A stretch of 64,000 nt of DNA from Candidatus Azobacteroides sp. (GTDB lineage Bacteria > Bacteroidota > Bacteroidia > Bacteroidales > Azobacteroidaceae). The stretch spans positions 2,171-66,170 of the forward strand of contig WRFY01000124.1 in the NCBI GenBank assembly GCA_009783445.1, in the 5' to 3' direction. Below are positions 47,126-57,173 of the stretch, piece after piece. Every line of letters begins with the position of its first letter. The stretch's first letter is position 1. The notes beneath the pieces were generated by a model. The model ran no database searches. It worked only from the letters and a program-made list of their open reading frames with translations, and had not been told where the DNA came from. Made by a program: the position numbers and the translations under genes.

Positions 47126-48790
47126 ATGAATAATAAAATAAAATATGCGATGCTCGTTTTGTCGGCGATGATAATATTAAGCGCTTGCAGCGACTCGGAT
47201 AATGGAGGAGGAATAACCATTCCTCCCGGTTCAAGCTTGAAAGCCTCATCTCCGGTTACCATCGGGATGGAAACGGATTATGACGCAGTAAGCAATTCCG
47301 CTTATCTGCAAACGGCTGCGGCCAATGCTTCTCAAACCACTTTCGGCTATACCATGAAGCATGGCGCGATCGTCCAGGATGACGGTTCGTTCGACTTTAC
47401 GAGGGCTGATGCGCAGTATGCGGCTGTTTCGGCGGCAGGGTTGAAAGTATGGGGGAATACCTTATGCTGGTATCAAAATCAGAATCCCAATCCCATGAAC
47501 CCTTTAGTCGGCATTATTAACATGCCCAACTTATTGCCCAACGCCGATTTTGAAGAATGGGATGAGGACGGACCTGTAAATTGGGCTTACCGAAACGGAA
47601 GCGGCACTTATGGGAATTTCTCAAAAGGTACAGGTACAGGCAACATGCAAACCGGTTCTTCTTCCCTGTCTATGGAGATTATTCAAGCAGTTACTTCACT
47701 CGGAAGCAGTTGGCGTTTACAAATAGAAAGCCCCGAAACTCCTACAGTGGTCGGTCATAATTATAAAGTAACGTTTTGGGCTAAGGCTTCTGTGAGCGGT
47801 TGCGTTGCTCAATACGAGTGGGACCATGCCGGTTCTCCAATATATAATTCCGCTAATCTTACAACGGATTGGGCGCAATATACTTTAACATTCGGCGATG
47901 GCGGCGCTACCCCTCTGAAGGCAACCAAAGAGGTCTCGACTATTGCCTTTGACATGGCGTATAATCCTGTAGGCGCAATCATTTATATCGATAATGTCGT
48001 GATTACCGACCAAACGGCGGCTGATGAACTGGCGGCTGCCGCAGGTACGCCCGAACAAAGAACGGCGAACATCGATGCGGCGCTGCACAAGTGGATCAAC
48101 GGCGTGGTTACGCACTACAAAGGCCAAGTAGTCGGTTGGGATGTAGTAACCGATTTGTTTGCAGATAATGGCGCTATCCGTACCAATGCCAATACACCGA
48201 ATACAAACGCTGTTTCCGATTGGTTTGTATGGTCGGAGTTTCTGGGTAAAAATACGGGCGTAGCGGCGTTTAAATATGCCCGTGACGCCGACCCAAATGC
48301 GTTGTTGTTCATCAGCGAATCCGGTTTGGAAACCAATATGACAAAGCTTGACTCATTGATTAACTACGTACAATGGCTGCAAGGGCAAGGAACGCCTATC
48401 GACGGCATCGGCGTGAAAATGCATGTCGCTATCAATACGACAACAAAAGCCGGTTATGATTATCTGTTCCAAAGGCTGGCCGCTACAGGCTTAAAAATAC
48501 GGATTTCCGAATTGGATGTATCGGTTAATGGCTTCCCTGCTAATACAGGATACTTTCAATTGACGCCGCAAGTATTGGGATACCAAAGTACAACCTATCA
48601 AGAAGTTGTTTCTTCTTATTTGAAGAATGTACCTGCCGCGCAACGGCAAGACATCACGATTTGGGGCGTAAACGACGGAAACAGTTGGCTTTATAGCAAC
48701 AACAGAGGAAATGATTACCCATTGTTGTTCGATGATAGTTTTGCGCCCAAACCGGCATACGGCGGATTTTTGCAAGCATTGAAGCAGTAA
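47126..48790 (+). CDS. GH10-like lipoprotein with an inserted CBM-like beta-sandwich; catalytic motifs degenerate (possible xylan-binding SGBP)
   Basis: Lipobox (LSACSD). GH10-like N-terminal segment (VWGNTLCWYQNQNP), an inserted ~150-aa module, then WDVVTD (canonical WDVVNE), ISESG (canonical NDYN) and KMH (canonical QSH). ISELDV (nucleophile motif) is retained. Confidence 0.65.
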   Translation: MNNKIKYAMLVLSAMIILSACSDSDNGGGITIPPGSSLKASSPVTIGMETDYDAVSNSAYLQTAAANASQTTFGYTMKHGAIVQDDGSFDFTRADAQYAAVSAAGLKVWGNTLCWYQNQNPNPMNPLVGIINMPNLLPNADFEEWDEDGPVNWAYRNGSGTYGNFSKGTGTGNMQTGSSSLSMEIIQAVTSLGSSWRLQIESPETPTVVGHNYKVTFWAKASVSGCVAQYEWDHAGSPIYNSANLTTDWAQYTLTFGDGGATPLKATKEVSTIAFDMAYNPVGAIIYIDNVVITDQTAADELAAAAGTPEQRTANIDAALHKWINGVVTHYKGQVVGWDVVTDLFADNGAIRTNANTPNTNAVSDWFVWSEFLGKNTGVAAFKYARDADPNALLFISESGLETNMTKLDSLINYVQWLQGQGTPIDGIGVKMHVAINTTTKAGYDYLFQRLAATGLKIRISELDVSVNGFPANTGYFQLTPQVLGYQSTTYQEVVSSYLKNVPAAQRQDITIWGVNDGNSWLYSNNRGNDYPLLFDDSFAPKPAYGGFLQALKQ

Positions 48791-48982
48791 CATTTGAGAG
48801 GTGAATTAGATATTATGAATTATATATTTTTAGTGGATTTAAGTTTAGTTTCGTATAAAAAAAGAAATAGGTACACCATACGAAGGAGGCATGGTTTATT
48901 AATGCAAAAAACAAGTTATCTGAAAAATAATTCATAATCCTTTTAACAGTTTTGTTCAAACAAGGGACAACTGTTGTTCAAA

Positions 48983-49015
48983 TTACGGCCGATACTTTTC
49001 AAGTATCGGCCGTAA
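48983..49015 (+). terminator. strong hairpin downstream of the GH10-like gene
   Basis: Perfect 15-bp stem TTACGGCCGATACTT / AAGTATCGGCCGTAA with a 3-nt loop. The following T-tract is weak (CTTTATTGT). Confidence 0.55.
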
Positions 49016-49098
49016 CTTTATTGTACTTTCTCTGTTCGTTATAAAGCGTTTTCTGTTGCCTTCCCTTTGTAAAGAATAGTACTCAGCAACCTTTTATT

Positions 49099-49247
49099 AA
49101 CCTTATTTTCGAAAGTTCCCTTAGTAGAAGAGATAATGCATCTATTTCCCCTCCCTTATCACCTTATTAATTAATTGAAAATAAAGGAATAAAGGAAAAT
49201 GTCAAGAGGGCGGTCAAGGTTATGAAGGGAGCTTTCAAAATAAGGTT
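49099..49247. repeat. palindromic MITE-like element, copy 1
   Basis: Terminal inverted repeats AACCTTATTTTCGAAAGTTCCCTT (49099-49122) and AAGGGAGCTTTCAAAATAAGGTT (49225-49247). The interior is also self-complementary around TTAATTAATT. Confidence 0.7.
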
Positions 49248-49260
49248 CAAGATTTTTATT

Positions 49261-49399
49261 AACCTTATTTTCGAAAGTTCCCTTAGTAGAAGAGATAATA
49301 CATCTATTTTCCCTCCCTTATCACCTTATTAATTAATTGAAAATAAAGGAATAAATGAAAATGTCAAGACTATGAAGGGGAACTTTCTAAAATAAGGTT
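49261..49399. repeat. palindromic MITE-like element, copy 2 (direct tandem of copy 1, 162-bp period, about 11-nt internal deletion)
   Basis: Near-identical to copy 1. TIRs lie at 49261-49284 and 49375-49399. Confidence 0.7.
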
Positions 49400-49618
49400 A
49401 ATGGGTAAGGAATTGATCAGTCGATCAATCATAAAACAACAAATACTGAAACAACGGCCATCAAAAAAAACTTACAATAAAAATGTAACCGAAAGGAAAA
49501 CTTATGTTACCATAGGAAAATACCGCGCAACATTTTCAGAAAAAACTATGACCAAAAGAGTATATCTTGCAAAAAAAATAACGCCCAATAAATAAAGTTA
49601 TTTTATCAATTTTTATAT

Positions 49619-51538
49619 ATGAAATTGCACTACAAAATATCAATTATTGTTTTTTTGTTGTTTGCAGCAGGACTCGTCCCTGCACAAGTCCGTTTGCCGC
49701 AACTCATCAGCGACGGCTTGGTATTGCAGCGCGAGTCGCCGATCAAAATCTGGGGATGGGCTTCGGCGGGTGAAGCCATTCAGTTGACTTTCAAAAATAT
49801 TCCGTATAAAACTTCGGCCAATGCCGACGGCCAATGGGAAATACAGCTGCCTTCGCAAAAGGCGGGAGGCCCCTATACGATCAAAATCAATACCATTGAA
49901 ATCAAAAACGTGTGGATAGGCGACGTCTGGTTATGTTCCGGACAATCGAATATGGAAACGCCTATTTCTCGAGTGCTGGCCCTGTTCGGAAAAGAAATAG
50001 AAAACTACAGCAATCCGCAGATTCATTACGTAAAAATACCGTTGCAATATAATTTTCACAGCCCGCAACAGGATGTACCTTCTTGTTCATGGGTGGAATT
50101 AAACCCGGAAACAGCCTCTGATTTTTCGGCGGTCGCTTATTTTTTTGCAAAAGAATTATTCGAAAAAACAGGCGTTCCCATCGGATTAATCAACTCCAGC
50201 GTAGGAGGGTCGCCGGCTGAAGCATGGATTGGCGAAGAAGCCTTGAAACCTTTTCCGGCTCTGCTGAACGATATGCGCCTCTGCCAATCGGACGAGTTTG
50301 TGGCCGAGATGCTTCGATTAGGTTCGTTGCCCGGTCGCCGTTGGAATGCGGTTTTGAGCGAGCAGGACAAGGGATTGAACGAAACGGTTCAATGGTCTTC
50401 GCCCGCCTATAACGATGAGGCTTGGCCAAGCATTGATTTGCTGGACAATAGTTGGGGACAAAGAAATACGCAACCGCTAAACGGCGTTTTCTGGTTTCGG
50501 AAAACAATAGATGTACCGCAAGTATACGAAAATCAACCGGCGATGCTCTATATGGGCCGCATCGTTGACGCCGATTCGGCGTTCGTTAACGGAAAATGCG
50601 TCGGCACAACCGGTTATCAATATCCTCCCCGCAATTATCCGATTCCAGCAAATCTCTTGAAAGCTGGAAAAAATCAAATTACCGTACGTTTGGTCAGTCA
50701 GGTTGGATTTCCTGAATTTGTTTTGGATAAACCGTACAAATTGGTTTTTCCCGACAGAGAAATCAGTTTGGAAGGCCAATGGAAATACAATACAGGAGCG
50801 CTCATGCCTCCCTTGCAAGGAGGAGGAATTTCCTTTCAAAACAAACCGACAGGGCTTTACAATGCAATGATTGCCCCGTTGAAAAACCACGTCCTCAAAG
50901 GAATTATTTGGTACCAAGGCGAATCGAACGCCGATCGTTATTTCGAATATTACGATTTAATGACAGCGCTTATCAACGGCTGGCGGAATCTATGGAGCGA
51001 AAACTTGCCTTTTATTGGCGTCCAGTTGGCTAATTACAAGAAACCCGAATGGTTGCAGCAGTACAGTGCATGGGCAGAGCTACGCGATGTACAACGAAAA
51101 CTGTATCAGACTGTTCCCAATACAAGAATGGCCGTCGCTATTGATATAGGCGAATGGAACGATATTCATCCGTTGAATAAAAAAGAGGTGGGCAAACGCT
51201 TGGCCTTGCAAGCGCGCAGCCTCGTATACGGCGAAAAAATTGTTTGCGAAGGACCTGTTTATCAATCGAAAATCACGGAAGGCAACCGCGTGATTCTTTC
51301 CTTTAAAGCAGGAACCGATCATTTAAAGCCGGTCGACGAATTGAAAGGTTTTGCAGTTGCCGGTACTGACGGCATTTTTCAAAGGGCGCAAGCAATCATC
51401 GAAGACAACCGCGTGATTGTCTGGAACAATAAAACGGTTTATCCCCTGAAGGTACGCTATGCTTGGGCGGACAATCCGGACGCAGCCAATTTGTATAATC
51501 AGGAAGGTTTGCCTGCATCTCCTTTTCAAACCGAATAA
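49619..51538 (+). CDS. sialate O-acetylesterase family (SASA/DUF303) carbohydrate esterase
   Basis: GDVWLCSGQSNME catalytic Ser motif and a second SASA half (IIWYQGESN). Signal peptide present. Confidence 0.8.
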   Translation: MKLHYKISIIVFLLFAAGLVPAQVRLPQLISDGLVLQRESPIKIWGWASAGEAIQLTFKNIPYKTSANADGQWEIQLPSQKAGGPYTIKINTIEIKNVWIGDVWLCSGQSNMETPISRVLALFGKEIENYSNPQIHYVKIPLQYNFHSPQQDVPSCSWVELNPETASDFSAVAYFFAKELFEKTGVPIGLINSSVGGSPAEAWIGEEALKPFPALLNDMRLCQSDEFVAEMLRLGSLPGRRWNAVLSEQDKGLNETVQWSSPAYNDEAWPSIDLLDNSWGQRNTQPLNGVFWFRKTIDVPQVYENQPAMLYMGRIVDADSAFVNGKCVGTTGYQYPPRNYPIPANLLKAGKNQITVRLVSQVGFPEFVLDKPYKLVFPDREISLEGQWKYNTGALMPPLQGGGISFQNKPTGLYNAMIAPLKNHVLKGIIWYQGESNADRYFEYYDLMTALINGWRNLWSENLPFIGVQLANYKKPEWLQQYSAWAELRDVQRKLYQTVPNTRMAVAIDIGEWNDIHPLNKKEVGKRLALQARSLVYGEKIVCEGPVYQSKITEGNRVILSFKAGTDHLKPVDELKGFAVAGTDGIFQRAQAIIEDNRVIVWNNKTVYPLKVRYAWADNPDAANLYNQEGLPASPFQTE

Positions 51539-51583
51539 TAAAAAGAATAATTGCTGAAATTTACGCTTTTTTTAACCAATAGA

Positions 51584-54121
51584 ATGATCAAACATTTAAA
51601 TAAATTATCTTTCATTTGCTGGATAAACCTGACAGGAAGTTTGTTTCTTTTCAGTTGTCATGATCGTCATGCTTCTTCGCAATTGCTGAATTTATGCTTG
51701 AACGATTCGGGTTATTTTGAAGCGAGAGGATTGAACATTTTTGTTTTCAGCAACGGATACGACGGTTTGTTCGATGATGCTAAAATCAGCGGCATCGAAA
51801 TGATTCATCATGGCGTCCGCACGGCGACCAATGGCGATGTGCGTCTGAATCCAACACCCGGACAGTGGGATGCCATTCCCGAATTTTTAGAGCGAAAAGT
51901 AGATTCAACAAACCATTGCATTGAAGCCGCTCTAAAATATGCTCAATACGATTTTCAATACCGCATTCGCGGAGAAGTTCGCGAGGGAGATTTTTATTTG
52001 AGCGTATATACCGACCAGCCCATTCCAGAAGCTTTGAAGGGTATCGCCGGCTTGAATCTCGAATTTTTACCTTCTGCCTATTTTGGCAAATCGTATATCG
52101 CGGACGAAACAACCGGCGTGTTTCCGCTTTATCCTTCCAGTGATATGCAAACGATTCAGGGAGAAATAGAACCTTTTCCTTTGGCTTCCGGAAAACAGAT
52201 CATCCTGGCTCCGGACGATCCGGAACGAAATATATCGATCCGCAGTTTGGATAACGAACTGATGTTGTTTGACGGACGAAATAAAGCCCAAAACGGATGG
52301 TTTGTGATACGAAGCCTTCTACCCGCTGGTAAATCGGGCAAAATTGCCGAATGGTTGATCACAGCTCAAACGATTCCGAATTGGACGCGCCGGCCAGTCA
52401 TCGCTCATTCGCAAGCAGGATATCATCCCGAACAGCAAAAAATAGCAATGATAGAGTTGGATAAAAATGATAAACCCTTATCTTCTATTCAATTACAAAA
52501 AGTGAATAGCGATAGAAGTTTCGCAACGGTTTTACAGGGAAAAACCAAAGAGTGGGGCCGTTACTTGCGTTATCATTACCTCTCTTTCGATTTTTCCGAT
52601 CAAAAAGACCCCGGTATCTACCGTTTAAAATACGGCGATGTAACAACAGCGCCTTTCCGAATTGCTGCCGACGTTTATCAAAACGCTTGGCATCCGACAT
52701 TGGATATTTTTCTTCCGGTACAAATGGATCATGTTTTTGTGCGGGAAGCCTACCGCGTTTGGCATGGCGCCTCCCATTTGGACGACGCCTTGCAAGCTCC
52801 CGTCAATCATGCCCATTTCGATCTGTATGCACAAGGACCAGTAACCGGCAACCGTTTCAAACCTTTGGAACACATTCCCGGACTGAATGTAGGCGGTTGG
52901 TACGATGCCGGCGATTTCGACATTCGTACGCAAACCCAGCAGTCGGTTGTTTTAGACTTGGTTCGTTCCTGGGAATATTTCGATTTGAACCGCGACGAAA
53001 CTACCATCCAGCAAAAAAATCGATATGTAGAAATACATCTTCCTGATGGAAAGCCCGATATATTGCAACAAATCGAACACGGCGCACTGCAATTATTAGC
53101 GCAGCAAAAAGCGGTTGGATATGCAGTCAATGGAATTATAGCCGCACATATTGGGCAGTACCGGCATTTGGGCGACGGAGCAAACAAAACCGACAATTTA
53201 GTTTATAATTCACGTTTAGACAGCCTGCAATCCGATGGGCGCTCCAGCGGAACTTTCGACGACCGATGGGCTTTTACCAACCGATCCACTCCGCTCAATT
53301 ATGGTTCGGCAGCAGCTTTAGCGGCGGCTTCCCGCGCCTTGAAAACGTACGATGAGTCTTTGGCTGCCGACTGTCTTCTTACCGCTCAAAAAATCTGGAA
53401 AGAAGAACACAGTCACGAGCCCGATATTTTTGTCTATCAACGGCTGAATACCATTGGCGGGCCTTTGGACATGGAAGAAATGAGAGCCGCTATCGAACTG
53501 TTGCGTACGACCGGAGGGGCAGAATATAAAAATCGAATCCTCGAAATGTATTCTGAAGCGGAAAAACATTTCGAAAGATTTGCTTCCTTGATTGCTCAGG
53601 CTATTCCGCTGATGGACGCCTCTTTCAAACAACAGGTAGAACCTGCGGTAAAAGCCTATATCGAACAAATGGATTCTCTCGAACAAAAGAATCCGTTCGG
53701 CGTTTTTATTTTCGACGGAGGATGGGCAGGGAATGGCCGGATCGTTCAGAGAGCTATCACAGCTTACCTTTTGTATCAATCATTTCCAGAATTAGTAAAT
53801 AAAGAATCTGTTTACAAAGGGTTAAATTATATTTTCGGTTGTCATCCCGATAGCGATATCTCGTTCGTTTCGGCTGTGGGAACCGAATCGAAGCGAGTAG
53901 CTTATGGAAATAACAGAGCCGACTTTACATTTATCGCCGGCGGCGTTGTTCCGGGCATATTGATCTTAAAACCGGATTTTCCCGAAAATAAGGAAGACTG
54001 GCCTTTCTTTTGGGGTGAAAATGAGTATGTTACGAATTTAGCGGCAAGCTACATCTTTTTAGTGAATGCTGTCAACGATCTTCTTCTGTCTTCTAAAAAT
54101 AAAATAAAAATAATTACATGA
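51584..54121 (+). CDS. glycoside hydrolase family 9-like protein with an N-terminal Ig-like (CelD_N) domain
   Basis: GGWYDAGDFDIRT motif (GH9 DAGD catalytic pair) and C-terminal GENEYVTNLAASYIF (NEVA-like). Start moved to the ATG at 51584. Confidence 0.6.
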   Translation: MIKHLNKLSFICWINLTGSLFLFSCHDRHASSQLLNLCLNDSGYFEARGLNIFVFSNGYDGLFDDAKISGIEMIHHGVRTATNGDVRLNPTPGQWDAIPEFLERKVDSTNHCIEAALKYAQYDFQYRIRGEVREGDFYLSVYTDQPIPEALKGIAGLNLEFLPSAYFGKSYIADETTGVFPLYPSSDMQTIQGEIEPFPLASGKQIILAPDDPERNISIRSLDNELMLFDGRNKAQNGWFVIRSLLPAGKSGKIAEWLITAQTIPNWTRRPVIAHSQAGYHPEQQKIAMIELDKNDKPLSSIQLQKVNSDRSFATVLQGKTKEWGRYLRYHYLSFDFSDQKDPGIYRLKYGDVTTAPFRIAADVYQNAWHPTLDIFLPVQMDHVFVREAYRVWHGASHLDDALQAPVNHAHFDLYAQGPVTGNRFKPLEHIPGLNVGGWYDAGDFDIRTQTQQSVVLDLVRSWEYFDLNRDETTIQQKNRYVEIHLPDGKPDILQQIEHGALQLLAQQKAVGYAVNGIIAAHIGQYRHLGDGANKTDNLVYNSRLDSLQSDGRSSGTFDDRWAFTNRSTPLNYGSAAALAAASRALKTYDESLAADCLLTAQKIWKEEHSHEPDIFVYQRLNTIGGPLDMEEMRAAIELLRTTGGAEYKNRILEMYSEAEKHFERFASLIAQAIPLMDASFKQQVEPAVKAYIEQMDSLEQKNPFGVFIFDGGWAGNGRIVQRAITAYLLYQSFPELVNKESVYKGLNYIFGCHPDSDISFVSAVGTESKRVAYGNNRADFTFIAGGVVPGILILKPDFPENKEDWPFFWGENEYVTNLAASYIFLVNAVNDLLLSSKNKIKIIT

Positions 54122-54154
54122 ATTTTGAAGGTTTAACCTATAATTTATTATTGC

Positions 54155-56665
54155 ATGAAAACAAAAAGAGTCTACATTCTTATCCTTTCCTTTTTTCTCT
54201 TTTCTACTAAATGGGTATTCGGTTTTGGGGTAGAAAAATTTGTATTTACTACCGGCGAACAATCCAATTATTTTTCATTGACCGAAAACGGCCGGCCGAT
54301 TCCGATCAAATCGGATGTCATCAACGATTATCCGGGAGTATGTCGAGCGGCGGATACTTTGAAAGCCGATTTCAAAAGAGTTACAGACCATGAAGCGGCT
54401 GTTTCGGGGAAGACGGCCATCCTTATTGGCACCGTTGGAAAATCGGAACTAATAGATCCGTTGCTCAAGCAAGGGAAAATAGAAAAAAACGATTTGCTGG
54501 GCAAACGTGAGAAATTCATTATCACGGTAGTTGACAATCCGTCGCAGGACATAGAGAAAGCCTTGGTGATTGCCGGGAGCGACAAGCGGGGAACCATCTA
54601 TGGCATTTACGAGCTTTCGAAGCAAATTGGCGTTTCTCCCTGGTATTGGTGGGCCGATGTACCAGTCGAACGTCATACAGATATTTTCGTTCGACCGGGC
54701 GTTTATACCGATGGAGAACCGTCTGTTGTGTATCGAGGCATCTTTATCAACGACGAAGCTCCGGCTTTACAAGGTTGGAGCAACGAACAGTTCAAAGGCG
54801 TTAATTCCAAAATGTACGCACATGTTTTTGAATTGATTTTGCGTCTAAAAGGTAATTTTCTTTGGCCAGCCATGTGGAACAACGCTTTTTACGACGATGA
54901 TCCGGCCAGCGGCGCTTTAGCCGATACAATGGGAATTATTGTCGGCACTTCGCATCACGAACCATTGGGACGCGCTCACGATGAATGGCGCCGCCATGGC
55001 AAGGGCGCATGGAATTACGAAAAAAATTCGGCCGAATTGCAGGATTTCTGGCAGAAGGGCATGGAACGCATGAAAAACTATGAAACGGTAGTAACCATTG
55101 GAATGCGAGGCGATGGAGATGAACCGATGAGCAAGGAAGCAGACGTCAATCTGTTGCAGAAAATTGTGGAAGATCAGCGCAACATTATTGCGCAGGTAAC
55201 CGGCAAAGATGCCGATCAAACGCCTCAAGTTTGGGCATTATACAAGGAGGTGCAAGAATATTATGATAAGGGGATGCGCGTTCCGGACGATATCACCCTC
55301 TTGCTTTGCGACGACAATTGGGGAAATGTGCGGAAATTGCCTCATCTCGATGCGCCCAAACACAGAGGAGGATACGGCATGTATTACCATTTTGATTACG
55401 TGGGCGGTCCCCGCAATTACAAATGGTTGAATGTCAGTCAGATTCAGCGGATTTGGGAACAGATGAGCTTGACCTATTCCCATGGCGTCGATAAACTTTG
55501 GGTTGTCAATGTGGGCGATTTGAAGCCCATGGAATTTCCTATCAGCTTTTTTCTCGATATGGCATGGAATCCCAACCGTTTCAACGCAAGCAATTTGTTT
55601 CAATACACCGAAGATTGGTGCGCCCAGCAATTCGGCAAAAAATACGCTTCGGAAGCGGCGCGCCTCATCGATCTGTATACCCAATACAATCGGCGCGTGA
55701 CGCCCGAATTGTTGGATGCCAACACCTACAGCTTAGAAAATTACAACGAATTTGAGACGGTAGTCAACGAATACAAGGAATTGGCGATGGATGCTTTTCG
55801 ACTTTACAACCTGATACCCAATGCCTATAAAGATGCCTTCGACGAGTTAGTCTTGTTTCCGATCAATGGTTGTTGCAACTTGTATGAAATGTATTTTGCA
55901 GTAGCAAAAAATAGGGCTTACGCTCGGCAACAAGACCCCAAAGCCAATGAATGGGCAGACAAAGTGAAGACTTGTTTTGAAAGGGACTCCCTGTTGACCG
56001 TTCATTATAACTGCGACATTGCGAACGGCAAATGGCCGCACATGATGGATCAGGTACGCATTGGTTATACCGATTGGCAGCAGCCTCCCCACAGTATTAT
56101 GCCGGATGTTCAGTATGTTCATTCTCAATCGGACGCCGAGCAACATGCGCCTTTTGTCGAAAAAGACGGATACGTCTCCATCGAAGCGGAACATTTTGCC
56201 CGTTCGAAAGGAAGCGACAAAATCCATTGGGAAATCATTCCGAATTTAGGAAAAACCTTGTCGGCTGTTACGATTTTTCCGCAAAATGTTTATCCTAAAG
56301 CAAACGAACAATTGTATCTGGAATATGACGTTATTTTTACCTCTACGGGACTGTTTACGGTAGAAGTATTCCTCGCGCCGACCTTGAATTTTAATGCAAA
56401 CGAGGGGTTGCGTTATGCCATATCTTTTGATGGCGGAGAAGAAAAAATTGTTAATTTCAATGGACATTATAATGGAGAACTGGGAAAATGGCAGGGTGAA
56501 AGCATTATCCGTTCTTCCAGTCAGCATCTGATTTCTGAAGCCGGCAAGCACAGTCTGCGTTTCCGTGTATTGGAACCGGGTATCGTGTTGGAAAAGATCA
56601 ACATTGATACAGGAGGTTTGAAACCTTCTTATTTGGGAGCGCCGGAAAGTGAAAGAGAAAAATAA
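54155..56665 (+). CDS. glycoside hydrolase family 115 (xylan alpha-glucuronidase-like)
   Basis: YRGIFINDEAPAL and IVGTSHHEPLGRAHDEW motifs as remembered for GH115. 836 aa, within a xylan-type PUL. Confidence 0.75.
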   Translation: MKTKRVYILILSFFLFSTKWVFGFGVEKFVFTTGEQSNYFSLTENGRPIPIKSDVINDYPGVCRAADTLKADFKRVTDHEAAVSGKTAILIGTVGKSELIDPLLKQGKIEKNDLLGKREKFIITVVDNPSQDIEKALVIAGSDKRGTIYGIYELSKQIGVSPWYWWADVPVERHTDIFVRPGVYTDGEPSVVYRGIFINDEAPALQGWSNEQFKGVNSKMYAHVFELILRLKGNFLWPAMWNNAFYDDDPASGALADTMGIIVGTSHHEPLGRAHDEWRRHGKGAWNYEKNSAELQDFWQKGMERMKNYETVVTIGMRGDGDEPMSKEADVNLLQKIVEDQRNIIAQVTGKDADQTPQVWALYKEVQEYYDKGMRVPDDITLLLCDDNWGNVRKLPHLDAPKHRGGYGMYYHFDYVGGPRNYKWLNVSQIQRIWEQMSLTYSHGVDKLWVVNVGDLKPMEFPISFFLDMAWNPNRFNASNLFQYTEDWCAQQFGKKYASEAARLIDLYTQYNRRVTPELLDANTYSLENYNEFETVVNEYKELAMDAFRLYNLIPNAYKDAFDELVLFPINGCCNLYEMYFAVAKNRAYARQQDPKANEWADKVKTCFERDSLLTVHYNCDIANGKWPHMMDQVRIGYTDWQQPPHSIMPDVQYVHSQSDAEQHAPFVEKDGYVSIEAEHFARSKGSDKIHWEIIPNLGKTLSAVTIFPQNVYPKANEQLYLEYDVIFTSTGLFTVEVFLAPTLNFNANEGLRYAISFDGGEEKIVNFNGHYNGELGKWQGESIIRSSSQHLISEAGKHSLRFRVLEPGIVLEKINIDTGGLKPSYLGAPESEREK

Positions 56666-57173
56666 GAAGGTCAGTATTGTATAAAATATCCTTGTAGTAA
56701 ACAGCACATTAGGAATGAATGAAAATAGCGATTATTTTTTGGTAGTGTCATAAATCGATCCCGTCGTAAATGGCACTACCTTTTGATATACGCCTTCGTC
56801 ATTTCCCATCGTTAAATATTTAGTTAAAAAAATAATTGTTATGTTTTGCAAAAGCATAAGTTTTTCCGGTTTTGACAAGATAATAAACAAAAAATAAAAT
56901 TTTCACCTTTACTTGACCAACTCGCCTAAAACCATGACTTCCAACGGCTAAAATTCATAAAGACAGAATAATATATGGATCGCAATGCGAGTATTATGAA
57001 CTGATCTTCATCGAAATGTAACATCCAAACAAATTTAAGCAACGCTTTTTTAATTTATGTTACAAAAATATAAGATTTATGTTGCTTTCTGAAGGGTCAA
57101 AAGTTTATAAGAATACTTATCTTTGTAGCTATAGGTGAGAATTTAAACCTGTAAACAATTTAATACAATTTTT

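Noticed and set aside
49092-49399. Possibility that the tandem repeats are a CRISPR array.
   Set aside because: There are only two units of about 150 bp with no short unique spacers between short repeats, and the units are themselves long palindromes. No cas genes are in the window.
49401-49595. 64-aa basic ORF between the MITE-like repeats and the esterase gene.
   Set aside because: It is Lys-rich and low-complexity, starts inside the repeat flank and has no recognisable family. It is treated as non-coding.
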